Origin: a virus
Length of the DNA: 64,000 bases
IMG/VR virus record: IMGVR_UViG_3300029448_004877
Location: 7,862 to 71,861 of that record
Reading direction: 5' to 3' (one strand)
This document shows, piece after piece, positions 1-8,876 of the stretch. The notes under the pieces were generated by a model. It saw only the letters and a program-made list of their open reading frames with translations, was not told the origin of the DNA and made no database searches. Both the position numbers and the translations under genes were made by a program. Positions within the stretch are counted from its first letter, which is position 1; the number at the start of each line of letters is the position of its first letter.

Positions 1-5
1 TCTTT

Positions 6-467
6 TCATATCTTCTCTACCTCTATTCTACATTTGCTTAAAAAATGAACTCCTTCTTCATTCCTATACTTATGTTTATAATAAACAGTATCTATTCCAC
101 TGCTATATATTAACTTAGCACATTCCATGCAAGGAGCGTGAGTGATGTACATTGTCGCATTCTCACCGCTTTCGTTTGATCTAGCTAATTTAGCTATCGC
201 ATTTGCCTCAGCGTGAATAACTTCTGGCTTAGTTGTTAACTCTGCATATATTCCTATGTCATCTGGATGAACTCCAGTAATTTTAGCCCAAGTGGGCAAC
301 TCGACATGCTCACACTCATTTGTCCATCCAGAAGGCATGCCATTATATCCAATTGAGATGATTCGATTATCTTTTACGACAATCGAACCAACTTTCAACC
401 GTTTGGCAGTTGACAGAGAAGCGAACCTCTCTGCCGTGTCCATATAAGCACTCTGCCATTTGTCCAT
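6..467 (-). CDS. cd: dCMP deaminase
   Basis: HAEANA and PCxxC (HAPCMECAK) zinc-deaminase motifs; start moved to ATG at 467 (TAATG overlap with nrdB stop). Confidence 0.93.
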   Translation of the reverse strand: MDKWQSAYMDTAERFASLSTAKRLKVGSIVVKDNRIISIGYNGMPSGWTNECEHVELPTWAKITGVHPDDIGIYAELTTKPEVIHAEANAIAKLARSNESGENATMYITHAPCMECAKLIYSSGIDTVYYKHKYRNEEGVHFLSKCRIEVEKI

Positions 468-1474
468 TAGGCTGGACATCCTTTTCCATCAAGACCGCAA
501 ACTTCACCCTCCGATGTGTTCTCGTCCCAACCCCAATCGCCTTCCATACCGTTAACTGAATACTCAGTAACTCGCTTCTCAAAGAAGTTGTCATGTGAAG
601 CACCGTTCAGTACCCAGTCAAGCCATGGTAGTGGATTGTCTTTGACTTTGAATTTAGGCTTCATACCTAATTGAAGTAATCTACGGTCAGCGATGTGACG
701 GATGTACTGCTTCACTTCTTCTTCTGAAAGACCTTCGATTACGCCAGCATTTTTGTATGCAAGTTTGATGAACTTATCTTCTAGTTTCACTGAGTTGGTT
801 GCCATCTCGTATATTTTAGACTTCAGTTCGTCATTTACGATACGTGGATGCTCATCTGTGAACTCACGAAACAACTTTGCGTTACCTTGTACATGCATCG
901 TTTCATCACGTATAGACCACTCTACAATTGTTCCCATGCCTTTCATCTTACCGAAACGCTGAAAGTTCAGTAGCATTACGAATGAGGCAAACAATGACAT
1001 ACCTTCATTAAACACTGACTGAGCAAGAACAAGTGCTAGTCCTGTATGTGTATTGATATTGCCTTGAGCCATGAAGTCTAGCTTATCTGCCATTTCACTA
1101 TACTCTAAGAATGTGTGAAACTCTTCATCTGGTAGACCAAGCGTATCATTCAACAGAGCGTATGCACGTTGATGCACACCTTCACGTGTCGCAAATGAAG
1201 ACAACATATTACGAATCTCATTATTCTTAAACTTAGGAATCATAAGTTCGTGATAGTTCTCTCCGACTTGTACGTCTGACTGTGTGAACAGTCTTAAAAT
1301 CTGTACAATAAAATCTTTTTCTTCTTCACTCAGCTTTGTCTTCCAGTCTTGTACGTCCTCAGACAACTCAGCCTCATCTTCGACCCAGTGAATTTCTTCA
1401 TGTTTCTTTGTTAACTCAACCGCCCATGGATATAAAAACGGGCGATAGCTTTTTGAAAATTCTAGTAGTGACAT
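467..1474 (-). CDS. nrdB: Class Ia ribonucleotide reductase beta subunit
   Basis: YPWA, FTQSD, EGVHQRAY, DETMH di-iron motifs, NFFEKRVTEY. Confidence 0.96.
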   Translation of the reverse strand: MSLLEFSKSYRPFLYPWAVELTKKHEEIHWVEDEAELSEDVQDWKTKLSEEEKDFIVQILRLFTQSDVQVGENYHELMIPKFKNNEIRNMLSSFATREGVHQRAYALLNDTLGLPDEEFHTFLEYSEMADKLDFMAQGNINTHTGLALVLAQSVFNEGMSLFASFVMLLNFQRFGKMKGMGTIVEWSIRDETMHVQGNAKLFREFTDEHPRIVNDELKSKIYEMATNSVKLEDKFIKLAYKNAGVIEGLSEEEVKQYIRHIADRRLLQLGMKPKFKVKDNPLPWLDWVLNGASHDNFFEKRVTEYSVNGMEGDWGWDENTSEGEVCGLDGKGCPA

Positions 1475-1504
1475 ATTTTTCCTTCCTTTGTGTTATATTT
1501 TGTT

Positions 1505-2218
1505 TTAGTCCCAATAATTAGAGTAGTCTCTATCTTTCCAAAACTTCTCATTGTTACGATTCCAAAAATTCTTAATCAAGTACCAAGCCATACCAAAATA
1601 TCCCATCTTCTTAAAGCGTCTGCTATCTTGACCAAAATAATGGTTTCCTATTCTAAATTTACTTGGGCTGTACATTTTGCTCAGAAAAAAATCTTCGCTA
1701 GTTTCATATTTGTTTGGAAATCCACCTAGCTCCCGAAACTTTTCGGTCTTGGTGAAGAAATATGCTCCTACAGCAAATGGTATAAATCTAGACATTATGC
1801 GGTTTATGACGTTGAAGCACATGAAGCCTATGTAAGCCACATGATCGTTATCATAACACTTTGCATTAAGTCCAAGTAAATCTAAGTCTTGCTTGATCAT
1901 TTGATCAAGTGTATCTTTGATTACGGTATTAGAGAAAAATCGTACATCTGCATCTATGAACAACGTGTACGGTGTATTAACTAATTTAGCTCCATTATTT
2001 TTTGCTAAAGATACAGGTCCACCCTTTATGATGTCATAGTTCAGTTTATACAAATTTCCATATTTAGTGATCACTTCACGTGTCGAATCTGTAGAAGCAT
2101 CCGCTATAATAATTCTCAAGTTTTCAATATCTTCTTGCGTTGATAGTGAATATAGTAGGTGTTGTATATAGTCTTCCTCGTTTTTGCAAGGTACTACAAT
2201 CGTAACCAAATCTTTCAT
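1505..2218 (-). CDS. Glycosyltransferase family 2
   Basis: TIVVPCKNEE, IIIADASTD, AKNNGA, LFIDAD (DxD), GGF..ED GT-A motifs; ATGA overlap with upstream gene. Confidence 0.9.
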   Translation of the reverse strand: MKDLVTIVVPCKNEEDYIQHLLYSLSTQEDIENLRIIIADASTDSTREVITKYGNLYKLNYDIIKGGPVSLAKNNGAKLVNTPYTLFIDADVRFFSNTVIKDTLDQMIKQDLDLLGLNAKCYDNDHVAYIGFMCFNVINRIMSRFIPFAVGAYFFTKTEKFRELGGFPNKYETSEDFFLSKMYSPSKFRIGNHYFGQDSRRFKKMGYFGMAWYLIKNFWNRNNEKFWKDRDYSNYWD

Positions 2219-2913
2219 GTTACTGCTTCCTTTAATTCTAGTTTACCGTCTTCTTCGATCACGTATGTTGCTATCTCAACAAATGTACCAGTATTTACCA
2301 GAGTTACATTACCAGGCTTGATGTATGGCATATGGGTATGTCCGTATACGACCACATCAACATTTTGAATACTTAACAGCTTCTCTTCAATTGAAAACGC
2401 TGAGTTTATTAAGTTCTTCACTTTGTCTTTACACCATTTACTGAAAGACCATCTTTTGTATCCAAACTTCGATCTAACATAGTGAATGACTCCGTTTAGT
2501 CGTAAGACTGCGTTGTAAAGATAATCACCAATGAGCATCATTCTCTTACTTACAGAATCAAACTGGTCACCGTGTAAACAACGAATAGTCTTTTCACCGC
2601 TCTTATATTCATACTCACGACAAATTTTTATACTCGCAAATCTATCTGTGCTTTCTAATAAATGCATTAAAGCATAGTCATGATTGCCAATAACATATAT
2701 GACTTCTTTTTTCTTAGCAAGTTTTAGAATTTTTTTTATAACCGCTGTATGATACTGATCCCAGTAAGGCCTTTTCATAAGTTGAGATATGTCAACTATG
2801 TCTCCTACCATTATAAGTCTATCAAAGGTTTCATTGTTTAATACATTAAGGACATCCTCTGCCCTTGAGTACTTGAATCCTATATGTAGATCACTAATGA
2901 GTAAGGTTCTCAC
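2215..2913 (-). CDS. Metallophosphoesterase, PlcP / UDP-2,3-diacylglucosamine hydrolase-like
   Basis: ISDLHIG, GDIVD, GNHD, HGDQFD, GHTH, NTG motifs; WSFSKWCKDKVKN resembles the PlcP family segment WSLSxWxKxKVK; GTG start. Confidence 0.85.
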   Translation of the reverse strand: MRTLLISDLHIGFKYSRAEDVLNVLNNETFDRLIMVGDIVDISQLMKRPYWDQYHTAVIKKILKLAKKKEVIYVIGNHDYALMHLLESTDRFASIKICREYEYKSGEKTIRCLHGDQFDSVSKRMMLIGDYLYNAVLRLNGVIHYVRSKFGYKRWSFSKWCKDKVKNLINSAFSIEEKLLSIQNVDVVVYGHTHMPYIKPGNVTLVNTGTFVEIATYVIEEDGKLELKEAVT

Positions 2914-2915
2914 AT

Positions 2916-4904
2916 CTAACCCTCACACGCACGGCATTCATCGCCTTCATTTAATTCAACGGGCTTGTTCAATAATTCCAATAACTCTTTATAGCCTCCA
3001 ACATATTCACCAGCAATATATACTTGTGGTACAGATTTAACATCCTTTCTGCCTGTCACTTCTGCGGCAGACTTACCGATCTCTGCGAGATCAATATCAT
3101 CGAAAGGAATACCTCTTAATCGCAACTCTTCTTTTGCCATTGAACAAAATGGACAATCTTTCTTTGAATATATGACATTTCTCATGTCACCTTGTAAGGC
3201 AACTCTTTCTACTTTTTCACTTACGTTCTCTGCTCTTTGCTTTGATTCAGTACGCAAGTAATATAGTCCTTTAAGACCCTCTTTCCAAGCACGTAGATGT
3301 ACTTGATTCACATATGATTTAGGCGCTCCTGATGGGAAGAATAAGTTAACTGATTGTCCTTGACAGATATACTTTTGCCTGTCTGCGGCATGCTGTACAA
3401 CCCAGTTTTGATCTAACTCATCGGCAGTTTTAAAGATAGCCTTTTCGCCTTCAGTTAAAAACGGCAAATGCTGAACAGATCCTTTCTTTGTAATAATAGA
3501 TGTCCATGTTGCATCATTACTCTGTCCTTTTTGCTTGAGTAATTCCTCAAGATATTTGTTCTTGACCAAAAACGATCCAGCACGTGTACGATGAGTGTAT
3601 GCGTTAGCCTTTAGTGGTTCAATTGAAGGACTTGTAGATAAGATTACGCCACTTGAGGCATTAGGAGCAATCGCAAGAAGGTGGGAATTTCTTCTTCCTG
3701 TTCCTTCTCCATCTGGATATTCTCCTCTTTCTTTCGCAAGCAATTCGGTTTCTGCAACTGCTTCTGTTTTGATGTGGTTAAATACCACAGTATTAATCTC
3801 TTTTGCGAGTTCGGATTCCCAAGCGACTCCATGTTTCTGTAACAAAGAATGAAATCCCATTGCTCCGAGACCAATGCTTCTTTCTCGGGATGCAGAGTAC
3901 TTTGCTCTAGTGATAGTGTCTGGTGCGTTTTCAATAAAGTATTGCAAGACGTTATCAAGCATACGAACAAGATCACGGATAATATTTGTGTCTTTCCAAT
4001 CATCATAGTACTCTAAGTTTAGTGAAGATAAGCAACAGACAGCAGTTCTGTCTGCACTCGTAGGTAAATGAATTTCATTACATAAATTTGAACCATTGAT
4101 CTTTAAACCCAAGTCTTTCAATGCTTGAGGCAAATTACGATTAGCAGTGTCAATGAAGTTTAGATATGGCTCTCCAGTTCTGAAACGTGTTTCTATAATA
4201 CGTTCCCATAATTTACGAGCATCAATAGATTCTTTTACTTTACCATCTTTAGGATCTTTGAGATCCCACATATCTCCGTTCGAAGCGGCATTCATAAACT
4301 TGTCAGAAATATTAACAGCATTGTGTAAGTTTAATGCTTTACGCTGTACGTCACCTGTAGGAATACGCATATTCAAGAATTCGATAACGTCTGGATGAGA
4401 TACATCCATATAAGCGGCATAAGAACCCTTGCGTGTTTTGCCTTGACGATAAGCAATCATATCTGCATCGACTGTATGCAAGAAAGGCATAGGACCAGGA
4501 GCGATATCACTTACTGTACGCACATCAGACCAATGACCACCAACTCCACCACCGTATACAGATAACCATCTCAACTCAGCAGTATGATCAATCAAACCCT
4601 CAAGAGTATCGGGAACGTAAGTTAGAAAACAAGAGATGGGCATTCCTTTGCCCTGCTTCGATCCGTTCGGAGCGTTAGACAAGACAGGAGATGCAAACAT
4701 GAACCATTTGTTGGATACATAATTATACAATCGCTGTGCCAAGTCCTCGTCCATTTCGTCCTTGTATTTTGACCACGCAGTAGCCGCACGTTTATATGCT
4801 TCTTGTGGTGATGATTCGTATTCTGTTAAATAAAAGTCCTTTAGCATGCCTACGGCATAGTTTGCTAAAAGTTCGTCTTTTGATTTATCGATCTTTATAG
4901 TCAT
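2916..4904 (-). CDS. nrdA: Class Ia ribonucleotide reductase alpha subunit with C-terminal glutaredoxin domain
   Basis: PISCF, SNLCNEI, VCCLSS, APNASS, GLYYLR motifs; CPFC...VPQVY..GG glutaredoxin domain; terminal CRACEG; start MTIKID at 4904. Confidence 0.95.
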   Translation of the reverse strand: MTIKIDKSKDELLANYAVGMLKDFYLTEYESSPQEAYKRAATAWSKYKDEMDEDLAQRLYNYVSNKWFMFASPVLSNAPNGSKQGKGMPISCFLTYVPDTLEGLIDHTAELRWLSVYGGGVGGHWSDVRTVSDIAPGPMPFLHTVDADMIAYRQGKTRKGSYAAYMDVSHPDVIEFLNMRIPTGDVQRKALNLHNAVNISDKFMNAASNGDMWDLKDPKDGKVKESIDARKLWERIIETRFRTGEPYLNFIDTANRNLPQALKDLGLKINGSNLCNEIHLPTSADRTAVCCLSSLNLEYYDDWKDTNIIRDLVRMLDNVLQYFIENAPDTITRAKYSASRERSIGLGAMGFHSLLQKHGVAWESELAKEINTVVFNHIKTEAVAETELLAKERGEYPDGEGTGRRNSHLLAIAPNASSGVILSTSPSIEPLKANAYTHRTRAGSFLVKNKYLEELLKQKGQSNDATWTSIITKKGSVQHLPFLTEGEKAIFKTADELDQNWVVQHAADRQKYICQGQSVNLFFPSGAPKSYVNQVHLRAWKEGLKGLYYLRTESKQRAENVSEKVERVALQGDMRNVIYSKKDCPFCSMAKEELRLRGIPFDDIDLAEIGKSAAEVTGRKDVKSVPQVYIAGEYVGGYKELLELLNKPVELNEGDECRACEG

Positions 4905-4917
4905 TATTGATTCCGTT

Positions 4918-5796
4918 CTAAATGGCCATCTCTGCTTTGATGGCACTTAATGGGTTATAGTTATCAAGCTGAAAGTCAGAGACGCCCAAGCTTAATACTT
5001 CCTCTAGAGAAGAAAACTCTTTATTAATTTTCAGTGTTGGTAACTCTTGCGGGGTTCGCTTTAGTTGTTCTTTCACTGCATCATAGTGTGTATTATATAT
5101 ATGTGCATCACCAACCGTAAGTACAAAATCCTGTACGCTTAAGTCGGTTATTTTGGCTATAATATGAGTCAATAAAGAATAGCTTGCAATGTTAAAAGGT
5201 ACTCCTAAGAACAAGTCTGCGCTTCTTTGATACATCTGACAACTCAACTTTCCATTAATAACATAAAACTGTGCCAATGTATGACAAGGCGGTAAAGCCA
5301 TCTTGTCGATCTGATTAGGATTCCATGCACTTAGAATCAATCTACGACTGTCTGGGTTTGTCTTTATCTCATCGATAAGCCACTCAATTTGATCGGTGCC
5401 CTTGAGATGGGTAGAACTATTGTACATTTCTCCATTGAAGTTTCTCCACTGAAAGCCATATACTGGACCTAATATTCCATGAGAATAACCAAGTGCTTTG
5501 CCTTGATTCTCAGCATTGTCTGTCCATATAGTTCTTTTATCTTCTAACTCTGATCGATCTTTATCATAGGTAATTTCTGCTAACCTTCTTTCATCCATAG
5601 AGCCTTCAAGAAACCATAGCAGTTCGCCGACAACAGATTTCCAGGCTAGTCTTTTAGTTGTAACAGCTGGAAAGCCTTTTGTCAAGTCAAATCGCATCTG
5701 ATAACCAAAAATACTTCTGGTACCTACTCCAGTACGATCACTCTTTTCTTCGCCCGACTCCAAAACGTCGGCTAACGCATTTAGATATGTTTTCAT
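4918..5796 (-). CDS. td: Thymidylate synthase ThyA
   Basis: DRTGVGT, ELLWFL, LPPCH, YQRSADLFLGVPFN. Confidence 0.97.
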   Translation of the reverse strand: MKTYLNALADVLESGEEKSDRTGVGTRSIFGYQMRFDLTKGFPAVTTKRLAWKSVVGELLWFLEGSMDERRLAEITYDKDRSELEDKRTIWTDNAENQGKALGYSHGILGPVYGFQWRNFNGEMYNSSTHLKGTDQIEWLIDEIKTNPDSRRLILSAWNPNQIDKMALPPCHTLAQFYVINGKLSCQMYQRSADLFLGVPFNIASYSLLTHIIAKITDLSVQDFVLTVGDAHIYNTHYDAVKEQLKRTPQELPTLKINKEFSSLEEVLSLGVSDFQLDNYNPLSAIKAEMAI

Positions 5797-6266
5797 ATTG
5801 ACCTTCTGTACTTCTCAATTCGTAGGTTTTTATCTACATCATAAGACTTAAAGTACAGTTCGAAGTCAACTAAGTCCCTTATATGTGTATTGCAGTCATA
5901 TATTCCGTTAATACGGCTAATCCATACTTCTTCACATATGTCTATAAGTTGATCAAATGTGTGTTTGCCTCCAATTACCCAAACGTCTTGAGCGAATGAC
6001 TTAACATGCTTAATAGCAGTGTCTACGTCTTTAAAAACTACATTAGGTCCAGTTGCTATATCTTGAGATGTGAGAACAATATTATATCTGTTAGGTAAAG
6101 GCTTCGGCATACTAGGATCGTTCCAAGTTCTTCGACCCATAATAACCACATTACCATCAGTACATTCTTTAAACCATTTCAAATCTTCAGAGTTGTGAGA
6201 CCATGGCAATGTTCCATTCTTGCCAATACCACCCTCTCTATCACATGCAAAAATCGCTCTTATCAA
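5793..6266 (-). CDS. frd: Dihydrofolate reductase
   Basis: IGKNGTLPW, DLKWFK, MGRRTW, PLPNRYNIVLT, VIGG; TTG start with GGAG RBS. Confidence 0.95.
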   Translation of the reverse strand: MIRAIFACDREGGIGKNGTLPWSHNSEDLKWFKECTDGNVVIMGRRTWNDPSMPKPLPNRYNIVLTSQDIATGPNVVFKDVDTAIKHVKSFAQDVWVIGGKHTFDQLIDICEEVWISRINGIYDCNTHIRDLVDFELYFKSYDVDKNLRIEKYRRSI

Positions 6267-6282
6267 TTCACTTCTCCATTCA

Positions 6283-7329
6283 TTAGCATTTTCTCCAATA
6301 AGTTAGTTGCAACTTGCCTTCTAGACCAGAAAACGTATTATTATCTATAATTAACTCAAGCGAAGCTTGTGTAACTCCACTTAGTATAACATCATTGATG
6401 TCTTTCTGCAATACATTTTTAGGCCAAATACAAACTTTATAGCCTTTATCCAAACATTTTTCCATACGAGCAACGATCTCTTTGTTTCGAGGCTCATTAT
6501 CAAATATGAACACCGCATTCTCAGTGTTCTCAAGTCCACTTGCATTTCCGTCCGCACCAGCCATAGCAACTGCATTGCTTAGAAATAAGCTATCTATAGG
6601 ACCTTCTGCGACATAATATGTCTTTGTAAAATCAACATCATCTAGACCAAACACTTTCGGCATGTTCTCATCTATCATGATAGTGATATATCTCAACTCA
6701 TCATCACGAAACGACCTAGCATTAAAGCCAAACAAATTGCCTTGCTTGTCAATAAATGGCATAATTAGTCGGGCTCTATCGTTCTCTCGTACAGGAAGCT
6801 TTTCTGGTATGATAGAGTTTACCCACTCATTAAACTTTGGTGCGTAGTATAATTTATATTGTTTCGATGCTGGGATCTGTCGATTTTGAACATAAATCTT
6901 ACCTTTATGCGAAAAATCTAGTTGGGATATCTTTTTTATTTTAAGTAGTGGAGAACCCTTCTTTCGAAAGTTGGGCGCCTTCATCTGAAGCTTGTCTAAA
7001 GGCTTTATAGGTTCTTCTTTCTTCTTATCAAAGATTGCTCTACGTTCACCCTTCTCTAATGCACTGTCGATAATGTATTCGTTATAGAGACTATGATCAA
7101 CAGTACGTAAGAAGTTACGCATGCCATGAGAAGCACCGCAGTTATGGCAATAGTAGATGGCATTATTTTCTTTTTCTAGAATCCAACCACGTGCTTTAAT
7201 CTTAGATTTTTGGGAATCACCACATATAGGACAACGCATGTTAGCCCTATAAGGCGAGTACGATTTGATTGAGAAGCGGTCGAGGCGTGTCGATAATATG
7301 CCGGCGTACTTCAGGTCCGTAATATTCAT
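6283..7329 (-). CDS. gp61: DNA primase (T4 gp61-like)
   Basis: RCPICGDS..CHNC zinc finger, EGPIDSLF, FDNEPRN, KDIND TOPRIM motifs. Confidence 0.95.
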   Translation of the reverse strand: MNITDLKYAGILSTRLDRFSIKSYSPYRANMRCPICGDSQKSKIKARGWILEKENNAIYYCHNCGASHGMRNFLRTVDHSLYNEYIIDSALEKGERRAIFDKKKEEPIKPLDKLQMKAPNFRKKGSPLLKIKKISQLDFSHKGKIYVQNRQIPASKQYKLYYAPKFNEWVNSIIPEKLPVRENDRARLIMPFIDKQGNLFGFNARSFRDDELRYITIMIDENMPKVFGLDDVDFTKTYYVAEGPIDSLFLSNAVAMAGADGNASGLENTENAVFIFDNEPRNKEIVARMEKCLDKGYKVCIWPKNVLQKDINDVILSGVTQASLELIIDNNTFSGLEGKLQLTYWRKC

Positions 7330-7364
7330 ATGAATCTCCAATGTTGTATTAGACTATAGATGTC

Positions 7365-7392
7365 ATTATACACTATTGGTGTCTGGTGTCAA
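7365..7392 (-). promoter_or_regulatory. Sigma70-type early promoter for the primase-frd-td-nrd operon
   Basis: TTGACA-16nt-TATAAT on - strand. Confidence 0.8.
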
Positions 7393-7399
7393 GACATAT

Positions 7400-7861
7400 T
7401 TACTTTAGTATCTCAATCATACCGCCAACTTGTAAAAGCGTGGCAATCACGAAACCTATAACCCAGCTACCGCCCATAATCCACCATTTCCAACGTTCAA
7501 GTATTGTAACACGTTCAGACATGGATTTCAACTCGCCAGACACTTCTTTTCCCATATTATCAAGTTTATCGATGATTTCGTTATGATTTCTTCTGTCACT
7601 TTCGACACTCTCTTCTTTCATATCAGATATGCGTCTATGTAGAAGTTCGACTTCTTTTTCTGCTAGCCTCTTACGTTCAACGAGAGAAGCATCAGTTTCT
7701 TTAATTTGAGTTTCATGTACTGCTAGAATTTTGGATATGCCATTAGATGCATCAGCAATCTTATCGATTGCTGTATCTAGTCGAGACAATAGTCCTTGTA
7801 TGTTAGACACATCCTTCTTCAGGATTTCAACATCTGTCCTGACATTATTTAAATCAGTCAT
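7400..7861 (-). CDS. Coiled-coil protein with C-terminal transmembrane helix (XhlA/holin-like)
   Basis: Heptad-rich N-terminus, then WKWWIMGGSWVIGFVIATLL hydrophobic segment. Confidence 0.6.
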   Translation of the reverse strand: MTDLNNVRTDVEILKKDVSNIQGLLSRLDTAIDKIADASNGISKILAVHETQIKETDASLVERKRLAEKEVELLHRRISDMKEESVESDRRNHNEIIDKLDNMGKEVSGELKSMSERVTILERWKWWIMGGSWVIGFVIATLLQVGGMIEILK

Positions 7862-7864
7862 TTT

Positions 7865-8434
7865 TTAACCCTTATCATTTGATCCGAGCAGTGTCACTCG
7901 GTCTTTAAACCTCTTCACAACAGGAGAGTTTTTCTTTTTATATTTCTTCTGTTGTGATACTGATAAACCTGGTTCTCCGTCTGAACCAACACCTATGCCT
8001 GCGATGTTACCGCCACCTGCCGAATTTGCTGGTGCGTCTTCCTCGAAAGCCTTTTCAAATAATTCGTCAACGCCAAGTTGACTATCTTCAACGAGTGTCA
8101 TATACTCGTTTAGCTTCAATTCGAGGTGCTCTTCCGTGAGCATTTCCCCATTCTCCATAATATCGTTATGTTCTTTGATGAGATATAAAGCGGCTGCATA
8201 TGAACCCAGTCTTGTTTTACCACCAGGTACCTTTTCAATTAGCCTCTTAAGTTTTGTAATCATGATATCAAAGATGCCATACGCATCCTTTTCTTCACGG
8301 GTAGTAAATTCTCTACGCTTTTTTAGTTGAACGCCTTTGTCATCGATAATTCCTAACTCATACGCCTTCCACTCTTTGAAGGGCGTAGCCAGTCTTCGTA
8401 TAAACTGATAAACTAAAAAAAGATCGACTATCAT
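7865..8434 (-). CDS. Conserved T4-like hypothetical protein
   Basis: TPFKEWKAYELGIIDDKG and EEDAPANSAGGG patterns recalled from marine T4-like phages; ATGA overlap. Confidence 0.7.
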   Translation of the reverse strand: MIVDLFLVYQFIRRLATPFKEWKAYELGIIDDKGVQLKKRREFTTREEKDAYGIFDIMITKLKRLIEKVPGGKTRLGSYAAALYLIKEHNDIMENGEMLTEEHLELKLNEYMTLVEDSQLGVDELFEKAFEEDAPANSAGGGNIAGIGVGSDGEPGLSVSQQKKYKKKNSPVVKRFKDRVTLLGSNDKG

Positions 8435-8805
8435 AATTCTCTTAACTCTTTTATAATTCTGATATCCAGTGGAATCTCAGATGAAATTATCTTCTTATCA
8501 CTGTATTCAACTACTTCTGGCATAAAAGCCAAAAAGACTACAAAAGGTTTTAGATACTGATGATAGTCTTCTAGCTTATAGAATAACATAGTAGTTGCCG
8601 CTTGACCAAAACAGTTATATAACACAGTAAGATGATTTAAGATCAAACGTACTTTTAGATCATCATCGTCTTCGTATCTTTTAAACAATCTCTTTAGATG
8701 TTGAAATCGTTTTAAATCGTCATAAAATTCTTCTGCTGAGGCGGCCATCCTAATATCATAGTATTTGGCAGCATACAACAAAAAGCTGTCTTCGTCAAGT
8801 TTCAT
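8431..8805 (-). CDS. Conserved T4-like hypothetical protein
   Basis: FLLYAAKYYD..EEFYDDLKRF..RLILNHL pattern typical of marine T4-like phages; late promoter upstream. Confidence 0.75.
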   Translation of the reverse strand: MKLDEDSFLLYAAKYYDIRMAASAEEFYDDLKRFQHLKRLFKRYEDDDDLKVRLILNHLTVLYNCFGQAATTMLFYKLEDYHQYLKPFVVFLAFMPEVVEYSDKKIISSEIPLDIRIIKELREL

Positions 8806-8856
8806 AGTTTATTCACCTTTAGTTATTATACTGAAGAGCTTCATTGCTCTCCAGTA

Positions 8857-8864
8857 TATTTATA
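8857..8864 (-). promoter_or_regulatory. T4 late promoter followed by a leader hairpin (8828-8857)
   Basis: TATAAATA on - strand; ATACTG-AAGAGC...GCTCTC-CAGTAT inverted repeat just downstream. Confidence 0.75.
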
Positions 8865-8876
8865 ACTATTGATGGA

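Noticed and set aside
4918-5796. Thymidylate synthase as a dCMP hydroxymethylase
   Set aside because: It has the canonical ThyA GVPFN Asn and is paired with DHFR, consistent with ordinary dTMP synthesis
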